IMG/VR virus record: IMGVR_UViG_3300046001_006396
Location: 1 to 64,000 of that record
Source of the DNA: a virus
DNA: 64,000 bases
Direction: 5' to 3' (one strand)
Both the position numbers and the translations under genes were made by a program. The notes under the pieces were generated by a model. It did no database searches, was not told the DNA's origin, and saw only the letters and a list, made by a program, of their open reading frames with translations. This document shows positions 48,484 through 58,900 of the stretch, piece by piece (positions within the stretch are counted from its first letter, which is position 1; every line of letters starts with the position of its first letter).

Positions 48484-49364
48484 TGAACGTAAAAAAACAC
48501 GTATATAATTTTTTAAAACGTAAAAATATTAATGAGGGGTTTACCGATGATGGGGAACACGATATAAAATATTATGCGTTTGATTGGGACGATAATATTA
48601 TGTTCATGCCAACAAAAATTATTGTACTATCTGAAAATGATGATGAGGTTGAAATGTCCACTGAAGATTTTGCGGAACATAGACATCAAATAGGTGTAGA
48701 ACCATTTTCATTTAAAGGGACTACCGTTGTTGGTTATGCGCCTGACCCATTTAGATATTTTGGTGTTGAGGGGGATAAAAGATTTATAATTGATTGTATG
48801 GTTGCCCCATTAGGACCATCATGGAATGACTTTGTTGAGTGTTTAAATGGTGGGTCAATTTTTGCAATTATAACCGCTAGAGGACACACACCAAGTGTTT
48901 TAAGAGAAGGGGTTATGAACTTAATTATGGGAAACAAAAACGGAATTAATAGTAAGACCGTAATAGAAAACTTAAAAAGATACGAGGATATATTAAAAGA
49001 AGTCAAGGGGGAGCCCATAGATTTAGAAAGTGAATATGACGGTAAAGACCTTATTAATCGTTATTTAGATAGATGTATGTTTGCCCCAGTTTCTTATGGG
49101 GAAGGTAGTGCGTCAAGTCCTGAAGAGGGAAAAATAAACGCAATGAGAGAATTTATATCACATTGCAAGGTTGTTGCAAACGAAATTAGAAGAAATGGTA
49201 AATTTAAAAATGATGTTGCAAACGAAGAGATAATTCCATTTATTGGTTTTTCAGATGATGACCCAAGAAATATTGATAAAATGAATCAATTCCTAGAAAA
49301 AGAATATGAAGAAAAACCAGTAAGAACATATTTAACAAAAGGAGGATATAAAACTGAAGTATAA
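48483..49364 (+). CDS. HAD-superfamily phosphatase-like protein
   Basis: AFDWDDNI, IITARGH, K, FSDDDPRN. Confidence 0.75.
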   Translation: MNVKKHVYNFLKRKNINEGFTDDGEHDIKYYAFDWDDNIMFMPTKIIVLSENDDEVEMSTEDFAEHRHQIGVEPFSFKGTTVVGYAPDPFRYFGVEGDKRFIIDCMVAPLGPSWNDFVECLNGGSIFAIITARGHTPSVLREGVMNLIMGNKNGINSKTVIENLKRYEDILKEVKGEPIDLESEYDGKDLINRYLDRCMFAPVSYGEGSASSPEEGKINAMREFISHCKVVANEIRRNGKFKNDVANEEIIPFIGFSDDDPRNIDKMNQFLEKEYEEKPVRTYLTKGGYKTEV

Positions 49365-49438
49365 TAATTAAGTAATGTTCTAGTAGAAGAATATTTGAAT
49401 TAAAAACAAAAGTAAATAGAAAAAAATAAACTAAACAA

Positions 49439-49446
49439 TATTTATA
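49439..49446 (+). promoter_or_regulatory. TATTTATA putative late promoter
   Basis: Upstream of tail tube ATG (49477). Confidence 0.55.
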
Positions 49447-49476
49447 TAAAAAATAAAACAACTAAAAAATTAAACA

Positions 49477-49965
49477 ATGGCTGATTTGTTAATGAAAATG
49501 CCCTTTCAGTATGAACCTAAAAGAGCAAACCGATTTATATTAACGTTCCCAACTTCTTTGGGTATTAACTCTTGGTACGTTGAAAGTACTTCAAGACCTA
49601 GTATAAAAATTGAATCAAAAGATATTGCATTCTTAAATACTAAAACGTATGTTGCTAGTAGTTTTGAATGGGAAGAAATTAGTGTAAAATTTAGAGACCC
49701 TATTGGTCCGTCTGCGTCACAAGCATTGATGGAATGGGTTCGTCTACACGCAGAATCAGTGACAGGTCGTATGGGTTATGCTGCTGGTTATAAAAAAGAC
49801 ATTGACCTTGAACTTTTGGACCCGACAGGTGTGGCTGTTGAAAAATGGATTTTACAAGGATGTTTTATTACTTCGGCTAAATTTGGCGATGTAGGATATG
49901 ACAAGACGGATATTATGACTGTTGACGTAAGTTTACGTCCTGATAGATGTATTCTTGTTTACTAA
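49477..49965 (+). CDS. Tail tube protein (T4 gp19-like)
   Basis: YEPKRANRF, RPS, WEEISVKFRDPI, LMEW, YKKDI, LDPTG..VEKWILQGCF. Confidence 0.88.
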   Translation: MADLLMKMPFQYEPKRANRFILTFPTSLGINSWYVESTSRPSIKIESKDIAFLNTKTYVASSFEWEEISVKFRDPIGPSASQALMEWVRLHAESVTGRMGYAAGYKKDIDLELLDPTGVAVEKWILQGCFITSAKFGDVGYDKTDIMTVDVSLRPDRCILVY

Positions 49966-49992
49966 TATAATAATTTTTTTCATATTTTTTTT

Positions 49993-50020
49993 AAACCCAT
50001 CTATGTTAGGTGGGTTTTTT
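49993..50020 (+). terminator. Intrinsic terminator
   Basis: AAACCCATCTA-TGT-TAGGTGGGTTT followed by T-run. Confidence 0.8.
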
Positions 50021-50063
50021 ATTTACTAAAAAATAGTTATAAACTATATTTAAAATAAAAACT

Positions 50064-50813
50064 ATGGACCAAGCTTCACAATACGGACAACAAAACTTTA
50101 ATTTACCACACGATGTAGTAAAACTACCGTCTAAGGGAATCTTTTATAAACCAAAAAAAGAATCGGTTAAAGTGGGGTATTTAACTGCTCAGGACGAGAA
50201 TATTTTAATGTCAAGTAATAATAATGAGAGTATTATCACGACATTACTTAGAAATAAAATTTATGAACCGGGATTTGACATTAACCAACTAATTAATGTT
50301 GATGTTCAAGCAATATTAATATTTTTAAGAAACACTTCTTTTGGTTCAGATTATAATATCTCAATTAAGGACCCAGCAACAGGTAAGTTTTTTGATACCA
50401 CTTTATTAATTGAAGAGATAAATGTTGACAAACCAAAACATTCTCCTGACGAAGAAGGATTATTTACATTTTTATTACCAAAAAGTAATAAAACAGTTAA
50501 AGTTAAAATATTAAATTTATCTGAAGAAAGAGAACTTGAAAAAATTTCTGAATCCTACCCACAAGGTATGGTTGCTCCTACTGTCACAAAAAAACTTGAA
50601 AAACATATCATTGAATTAGACGGAGAAAGGGATAAAGGAAAAATTGCATCATTTATACCGCAAATGCCAATCATGGACTCAAAAGAATTAAAAAAGTTCA
50701 TATTAGAATGTGAACCAAAGTTAGACTTATCAAGAACAATTATAGCCCCGTCAGGTGAAAAGGTAACAGTTAGTCTGTCCTTTGGGGCTGAATTTTTTCG
50801 CCCTTTCTTCTAA
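50064..50813 (+). CDS. Tail/baseplate-hub assembly chaperone (T4 gp26-like)
   Basis: VKLPSKGIFY, LTAQDENIL, D..AILIFLRNTSFG, C-terminal FF.P; between tube and tape measure. Confidence 0.75.
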   Translation: MDQASQYGQQNFNLPHDVVKLPSKGIFYKPKKESVKVGYLTAQDENILMSSNNNESIITTLLRNKIYEPGFDINQLINVDVQAILIFLRNTSFGSDYNISIKDPATGKFFDTTLLIEEINVDKPKHSPDEEGLFTFLLPKSNKTVKVKILNLSEERELEKISESYPQGMVAPTVTKKLEKHIIELDGERDKGKIASFIPQMPIMDSKELKKFILECEPKLDLSRTIIAPSGEKVTVSLSFGAEFFRPFF

Positions 50814-50952
50814 CGGAAAACAAAACCTTTTAGATGAGATATATTATTTATCAAAATATGTAAATTTTTCATACTCTGATATTTTAATTATGCCTACATA
50901 TGAAAGAAAATACTTCATTGATAAGTTAGTCTTAGACTTCCAAAAAAACTAA
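50800..50952 (+). CDS. gp51-like / 'T' segment of the tail chaperone in the +1 frame (absent from ORF track)
   Basis: ALSSNGKQNLLDEIYYLSKYVNFSYSDILIMPTYERKYFIDKLVLDFQKN; no early ATG; overlaps TTT_TTT_CGC of upstream gene. Confidence 0.6.
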   Translation, partial: ALSSNGKQNLLDEIYYLSKYVNFSYSDILIMPTYERKYFIDKLVLDFQKN

Positions 50953-50961
50953 AATACCCCC

Positions 50962-50969
50962 TATTTATA
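50962..50969 (+). promoter_or_regulatory. TATTTATA putative late promoter
   Basis: Upstream of tape-measure ATG (50984). Confidence 0.5.
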
Positions 50970-50983
50970 TATAAAAATAATAT

Positions 50984-52942
50984 ATGTTTTTATTTACTGC
51001 TGATCCTGATGTTAATGAGTTTGACCAAAAAGGTCAAAATTTAATTGATGTTATGACTAAATTGGCGGCGTCAGTTGATGCTGCCGTGGACCCAAGGAAT
51101 GTTATAAAAAATATAACAGCCATGGACAATGAAGCCAAAAAACTTCAAAGAACCATATCAGGAGGATTAACTATAGGTGCCGAAGCATTTAGAGAAAAAA
51201 TGTTTAGGGTATATAATGAGTCTGTAAAATTTGGTGCAAGTTTTCAATCGGTGTTAGATTATACAGGAGACCTTAGTGTTATAATGGAAAAAATGGTTTA
51301 TCCTATTGAAAGTGCCGCGATTGATGCTTTGGCTTTAGGGCGTAATGTCGGAATGGCAGAAAAAGAAACAGGTAAAATGGTCGGTACATTTACCACATTT
51401 AGTATGTCACAAAGAACGTCCGTTCAACAAATGTCAAAAATCGCAAAAGTTGCAAGAGAAACAGGACTACAGGCAAGCGTATTATTAAAAACTATGGAAG
51501 GTAGTTTAAGTAAGTTAGTGCAGTTTAATTTTAAAGATGGTATTGATGGATTAACTAAAATGACCGCACAAGCACAACGTCTTGGAACAACAAGTGAAAA
51601 ATTAAAAATTTTTACTGCTGCCGAAACTTTATTTGACCCTGAAAAGGCAATTGAAATGTCGGCAAATCTTAGTATGTTAGGTGGGTCGGTAGAAGGGCTT
51701 ACTAATCCATTTATGGCTATGAATGATGCTGCAAATAATGTTGACCGTTTACAGGAAAACATAATAAATATGGGTAAGTCGGCATTTAGTTTTGATGAGG
51801 TTACAGGTAAAATAAAAACAAATTTTGTTGCTCAACAACAATTAAGGGCACAGGCCGAGGCCACTGGCGTTGCTTACGATGAATTGGCAAACGCAGCTCA
51901 AAGAGCGGTTAAAGAAGAGGCCGTTCAAAATAAGTTATTAAAAGAAGGTATTGATATTTCGCAATTTAGTGAAGAACAACAAAATATGATAAAGTCTTTG
52001 GCTGAAATTGGACCTGGAGGTAAAATTGATTTTAACATCCCTGGACTTGAATCCGAAGATTTGGTAAAAACAATATCAGATAATCCTAATGCGTTAAAGA
52101 CGGCATTAGAAGAATACCAAAGGGCTGCAGATATGTCAGATAGACAAATTGCGGAAAAGGGATTGAATACCCAAGAACAACTACAACGAGATGTTAGAAT
52201 AATTAGGGATACGTACATTAGAAGTATTAGTGCTGGAGAAAGGACTGATATTGTTAGTAAAGTTGATTCTGGGATTGATATTTTAACTGAAGCGAATAAA
52301 AAAGTCGCAAACGCAGGTATTGCAGTCGTACAGGCGGGGGTAAACGCTCTTGATAACCAAATTCAAACTGCTAAAAATAGTGCAAACAGAGCCTCTAATG
52401 ATCCTAACGCCACTGCAGTAAAACAGGCTGAGGTATTGAGAGACAGTAAAAGAAAATTTGTATATGACCCAAATACTAAAACCTATAAAACCGAAACTGT
52501 ACCAGATGCGGTAATACCTGAAAATAGTAGTGGATTAGTGAAATTTGGTAAAAATGAAATTTTTAATTTTATAAAAGAGGACCAAGCAATAATAGCTCCC
52601 GATGCGATAGAAAAAGTAAATTTTTTAAAGGACGTTTATGTGAAGTTTATGGATATGCAAAACTCAATACCAAACGAGGTAAAATTAGCATCACCAAAAG
52701 AGATACCAAACAAAACACAAAACCTATCAAATCCGTTTGACTTAATGAATAGAGGGGAAAAAACAGAAACAAATAGTACCCAAACTATTAATGTTAATAT
52801 TACAGTTGATGGTAAAAATGTCTCTACTATGACTAATCTTGACCCAAATATACATAGAGATATTGAAAAGAAGATTAAAGACACTATACAAAATGTAAGT
52901 TTTTGGGACAAATCAAAATCAAGAGTCTCAACAAAACGATAA
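50984..52942 (+). CDS. Tape-measure-like protein
   Basis: Long Ala/Met/Gln-rich helical protein directly after the chaperone. Confidence 0.65.
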   Translation: MFLFTADPDVNEFDQKGQNLIDVMTKLAASVDAAVDPRNVIKNITAMDNEAKKLQRTISGGLTIGAEAFREKMFRVYNESVKFGASFQSVLDYTGDLSVIMEKMVYPIESAAIDALALGRNVGMAEKETGKMVGTFTTFSMSQRTSVQQMSKIAKVARETGLQASVLLKTMEGSLSKLVQFNFKDGIDGLTKMTAQAQRLGTTSEKLKIFTAAETLFDPEKAIEMSANLSMLGGSVEGLTNPFMAMNDAANNVDRLQENIINMGKSAFSFDEVTGKIKTNFVAQQQLRAQAEATGVAYDELANAAQRAVKEEAVQNKLLKEGIDISQFSEEQQNMIKSLAEIGPGGKIDFNIPGLESEDLVKTISDNPNALKTALEEYQRAADMSDRQIAEKGLNTQEQLQRDVRIIRDTYIRSISAGERTDIVSKVDSGIDILTEANKKVANAGIAVVQAGVNALDNQIQTAKNSANRASNDPNATAVKQAEVLRDSKRKFVYDPNTKTYKTETVPDAVIPENSSGLVKFGKNEIFNFIKEDQAIIAPDAIEKVNFLKDVYVKFMDMQNSIPNEVKLASPKEIPNKTQNLSNPFDLMNRGEKTETNSTQTINVNITVDGKNVSTMTNLDPNIHRDIEKKIKDTIQNVSFWDKSKSRVSTKR

Positions 52943-52948
52943 TAAATC

Positions 52949-52955
52949 TATTTAT
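52949..52955 (+). promoter_or_regulatory. TATTTAT putative late promoter
   Basis: 16 nt upstream of ATG 52972. Confidence 0.5.
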
Positions 52956-52971
52956 TATAAAAGATTTATAA

Positions 52972-55900
52972 ATGGAAAGCCCATTATCATTTGACTCAAC
53001 AGAGAACTTCAGAAAGAAACTCTTATTAAGAAATTTAAAACCATATACGGTTGATGGAATTTTTAGTGCACCTAAGTTAGAAAACAAAACAGAAATCACT
53101 CTTGTTGATTATTCTGTATCTGATTCACCTAATATTGAAAAAGAACAAAAATTACAAGAAAAAAAATTAATAGGACAAAATAAATATACTCCTAATGATG
53201 GTTTTGGGAATACCATATCTATTAATTTAAATAAAAATAGTGAAACAAATTTTGGAAATTACACAATTAATAACACCAACAACTCAAAATTAGAACTTAT
53301 TGGTAATAATAATGAAAAATTATTATACGTACAAAACATATATGGTCCTGTTGATTTTTCGTCTTCGTATGGTAAAACCATAGACGTAAATAAAAATTTA
53401 AACACAAAAACAAATTTTGGGTTATATGGATTCAGTAAAACTTTTGGTAGTTACTTAGAAACATTTGGAATCCAAAAAGAAATTGAACTAGTAGTCCAAA
53501 ATCAATATGGTGCTGACCAAAACTCACCATTAAAAAGCGTTGACCCAAACATTAATAAACAAACAAAACCAAATAGTGGAACATATGGTTATGCTGACAC
53601 ATTACAAAGTAGTCTACAAAATAATGGATTCACATTAAAAAATACCCTACTCGGCAAAAACCAATACGGACCTCAGTACTTTCAAAGTACTCAGACAGTT
53701 AATCCTAATGTTAATTTACAATCAAAGGCGAATGAGGGTAACTATGGATACGATGATAGTATTGGTAGTGAATTAGAATTAAACGGTAATAATAAAGAAA
53801 AAGATTTAATTGTTTTAAACAAGTATTCACCCACCAACTCTCAAAATGGGTTTGGTAGTTCTATTTCATTTCCTTTATTAAGTAATGGTTCGGGGTTTGG
53901 TCTATATGAAGACCAATCAGACGCTAACGGAAGTGGTTTAGAGTTATTTGCAAGAAATAGAGAAGATGTAAATTATACAAGAAATAAATACGGACCACAA
54001 GGTTTGGGTACATCATACGGTTTAGAAGTTTTTATTAACAAATATTTACAATTAAGCGCTAACGTTGGAGAATATGACCCTGACTCAACATCAGGGGATG
54101 GTAGCGAACTTGAAATTCTTGGGGAAAAAAAGATTAAATTAAATTTAATTAAAAACGAGTATCAACCGTTAAATACACCAACAATAGTTAACCCAAACGC
54201 CGACGCACAACAAGACGCTAATAAGGGTGAATATAATTATACGGCATCAAGACCACCATTAACTACCGAACAGTCACAGTCATTTGTTTATCAAAAAAAT
54301 AAATATAATAGTGGCGATGGAGCTTATGATGTATTAGATATTGTTGAGTTATTCCCTGGAACTAAAAACTCACCATATTGGAATAGTAGTCAGAGTTTTA
54401 TATTCCAACCGTCATTTTATACCCCTATTAATATTTTATTAAACGATAACCCTTCAGGGTCTGATGGTAGTTTAAGTCAAGATTCTGACTTGGCAAAAAT
54501 TGGGGCAAAACAATTACAAAAAGAATATAAGGCGAGAATTGCTTTAGAATTAATACAACAAACATTAGGTAGATCAACCCTTTCAAATAATAGTGCGACA
54601 AACATATCAGGTGAAATAAGTCAAAAACCTTCATTTGATCCATTTGATGCTTTAGGTGTTGTAACTAATAAACTACCAATACTACAAAAAGATTATAAAA
54701 TAACATCACCTGGTAATTTAGTCAGTGATGCTCTTAGTTTTACTGCAAGACTAAGTGGTTTATATTCTCCATATTCTATAATACCAGGGGAAGTTTTTGA
54801 TTATCCACAAAAAAACTTTTTAAGTCAACTAAGAACTAATCCTGTTGGTGCGGTTGGAAATATTGTCGGAGGACTCATTAATCAGATAACTTCAATGGCC
54901 ATTGATTCATCATCTGAATTATTATTAAATAATACAGGAGCACCAACAAAGGCAATATTATACGACCAATTATTTTATAACCAATATAGACCAAAATATA
55001 GATTAGATTCTTTACAAAGTCCTAATTTAAGTGCACCAAAAGAAAATTTTTATGTTGGTAAAAATAAAAATTTCATACGTGATGCGGTTAGCCCAAGAAA
55101 TGAAGTGGCTGACGGTAAATTTGGTAATATAAATTTTGGGCCTGTTTTTGACTATGGGGTTATTGGCCAAGAATATGAAGGTAATGAAGTACAAAAAAGA
55201 TTATTTGGTCTTAAATCTTACCCTTATTATGATGCCAATGGAGGTGTACAGGGTGGGTTTACTTGGGCACCAAAAGCAAAATCGGTAAACAAACCAGGAC
55301 AACCTGTTGGGCCAAATAATAAAGTTTACGACTCAACGGCGACTGTTGTTGACCCTACATTACAAAAACAAATTAATGATACTGATTCATCAGTATTAAA
55401 ATTTACAGACGGGTCACTATTAGACATTACCCAAAAATTAGTTGAAGCCGCGTCTAAATCATCAAAACCGTTAAGCCATGTAGGTAACGCCATTAATCAA
55501 ATTAGTAAAGTATTTAATGACGGGTATATTGAAATGACAAAGGGATCTAGAGTCAGAAGATATCTAACACCAAACGCAGTTCAAGGAAGTACAAAAGTAT
55601 CTGATATTGTTGGATATGAATATGGTAGATTATTTTCTAAAGATATTCCATTTACCACTTACAAACAATTACAAAAAACAAGAGGTAATATAAGAAAATC
55701 AACATACTCAATACTTGATAATACTTACAATCTTAATATTGCACCAATGAAAGGGGGTAGTGGTGTTGATTCAACAAACATCACTAGAGACGGTAAAGTA
55801 AAAAAATATATGTTCTCATTAGAAAATTTGGCTTGGAGAACATCTAATAGACCTGGATTTACTGTTGATGATTTACCTGCTTGTGAAAAGGGACCAAATG

Positions 55901-58900
55901 GGGGTAGAATTATGTGGTTTCCACCATACGACTTATCAATAGACGATAATACAAGGACCGCTTGGAACAGCAACACTTTTTTAGGTAGAACAGAACCAAT
56001 ATACACATTTCAAAATAGTGAAAGAAGTGCAAGTTTAAAGTTTAAAATTATTGTTGACCACCCATCAATATTAAATGTAATTGTCAATAAAGAACTAGAA
56101 AAAGCAGATGCGTCTGTTGCGTCACAAGTTGTTGACTCGTTTATGGCTGGATGTTTAAATTATGACATTTATGATTTATTAGCGAAATATAAACAATTTA
56201 GTTTAAGTGATGTATATGATGTTTTATCAACACTTAATCCAGAACAATTAAGTGAATTAACAAAAGAAGTCCCAAATGCAACTATAGTTGGTGAAACAAC
56301 ACTTAATAATAATACTAATTTAGCCCAAACGGAAAGTGGTGCGGGACAAGAATCCACTTTTACAGAAAACTTTGATAAGGACAAATTCCAACAATTACAA
56401 TTATTGTTTGATGAGACAAGTAGTGGTAATTATAGTGATGACTATACTACATTTATAGAGAACGGACAAAGTAATGTTTTAACAAACGCCACCGATAAAG
56501 TTTATAAATATAGTGATGGTGTTGAGTATCTTAATCCACCTGCAAGTTTAAGTTTAGGTGAATATTTAGATGCTAGAAAATCATCAATACAACAAGTTTT
56601 TAGTTTTGCCACTACAGAATATAACACATTTAAAGAGTTACTTCCATTAACTTTAAAAAACTTAGATGGAGGAGCAACAATGACAATATCAATTGAGGGG
56701 TCAACCTACTCTGGATTAAATGGTGGAGAACAATCACGAGCCGATTCGGTATCAAAAATGATTTCAGAATATTCTGAAGGGGAATTAAAAATGCAAAATT
56801 TTATTGATAGTAAAAAACTTACAATAAAAACAAGTTCTATAGGTACACCAAAAGTTAATGATGGTAGTTTTAGAGACATTGATTGCTCAAAAACATTTAC
56901 AAATACAATATATCGTTATTCGGTACAAGGAATGATGTGTAGAGCAGCTAAACTTAGCGTGACGGAATATACTCCAGCATCAAACACAACACCCACACAA
57001 CAAACACAAACACCTTCAGGACCTGAATCTGAATTACCTAACGCAACGGCAGCCGATTTAAATAATCCAAACAACACACAACCACAATCAGAATCAAGTC
57101 AGGCGGTTAAAAACAATAGAAAAAAAGATAAAGGAAATAATATTGGTGATGGTTTAACTAAAAAATTGCTAAGAAAACTATTAAGTGAATGTGATTATTT
57201 TGAAATGATAGCAGAACAAAACCCGTTGGTTTATGACGGTATTAAAAGTAGATTTAAAAATTTTAATCCCGCTTTTCACTCAATAACACCTGAAGGGTTA
57301 AATTCAAGACTTACATTTTTAAATCAATGTATGAGACCTGGAGACACAATACCAACTGCAGTTGAAACAGGGCAAGGAATTACTTTACAATATAACGACG
57401 TAATAAATAGTGCATTTGGATCACCACCAATTTGTGTTTTAAGAGTCGGTGACTTTTTCCATAGTAAAATACTTATTGACAGTTTAGATATAACATTTGA
57501 TGATGGGCAATTTGATTTAAATCCTGAAGGGATTGGAGTTCAACCCATGATAGCAGATGTTACTTTAAGTATTAAATTTATAGGGGGTAGTGGACTTAAA
57601 GAACCTGTTAGTTCATTACAAAACGCACTTTCATTTAACTATTATGCAAATACTGAAATGTATGATGAAAGAGCGGAAGAGACTGATGATTTTACAAGTA
57701 AGAATGATGAATTATTAGTTGAAGATATTAAAAATGAGGTTGGAATTATTGATAATCAACAAAGACCTTTAGTGAATGATGGAGGAACCACAATAGGTAC
57801 CATTCAGACAAACACCGTTGATTTACAAACAAGTGCAATTACAGGAACTATTACCTATAAAGATGTGATGGATAATATGTTATCTAAAACCCAATCATAT
57901 ATAAATTGTGTTAACAAAATATTAATACAATTAAAGGACGACCTATTATGGGGTGGATTAATAACATACACTAAAGATAGAATATATAGTACTGGATACT
58001 TTGATTATTTAGGAGGAAATACATCTAATGAAGTGAATATATTTGGAAAACCACAAGGATATCAAGAAAGAATTGATAATATTTTTAATAGTGCTAAAGA
58101 CGATGTTGATAATGACACCTCACCAATTTTAGGGGGGATAAATGAACAAGGGTTTTCTAATTCTGAAGTAAGAAAAATTAAAAGAAAGTTAACTAAAATG
58201 ATTGATGAAAGAAAGACTCCTTTCATTGAATCGGTAGAAAAGGGAACAACAGATTTAATTAAAAATGAACTTAGCTTTATTGGAGTATCTGACCAAGTAA
58301 ATTTTATTTTAAGTAATGTTGACGGTTATAAAAATAAACAAGGGGGTGCTGTGATATATGACATATCAGGGACTACCGGTGTTGACCCACAAACAACTAA
58401 CGCCGCTGACACGTACGTTGAATTACAAAACGACGTATTACAAATAAGAACAGGACTTAATCAGTTAGATACTAATCTTAAAAGTTATCAAATAATAACT
58501 AATGGTGAAAAAGAATATAACAATAATTTAACTTTTAAAATATTAGACAACACATCATCACAAGAAAATGCGTTTTTTATAATATTTGGAAAAGAAATAC
58601 TATTAGAAAACGGATATAAAACTTTTGTTGATTCATTATTATCTGAGGTTTCCGACAGTCAATTATTAAATAATTGGGCATCTTTTTTATACACAAATAT
58701 TGGATTTAATGTTGGGGGAGATAACCAACCAGCAACACGAATTAATGACGGTAGATATATAAAATACGAAAACTCAAAAAAGACATTAGATGATAATTTT
58801 AGTAGTTTTAAAAATAATTATTTTGATATTGCATTACCAAACGAACAATATTTACCATTTAAAAAAGGAAAAGAGAGGTTGTTTGACTACACAAAACAAA

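Noticed and set aside
50790-50835. Canonical -1 frameshift at A_TTT_TTT in the chaperone gene
   Set aside because: The -1 frame hits TAG after about 11 codons; only the +1 frame gives a plausible extension
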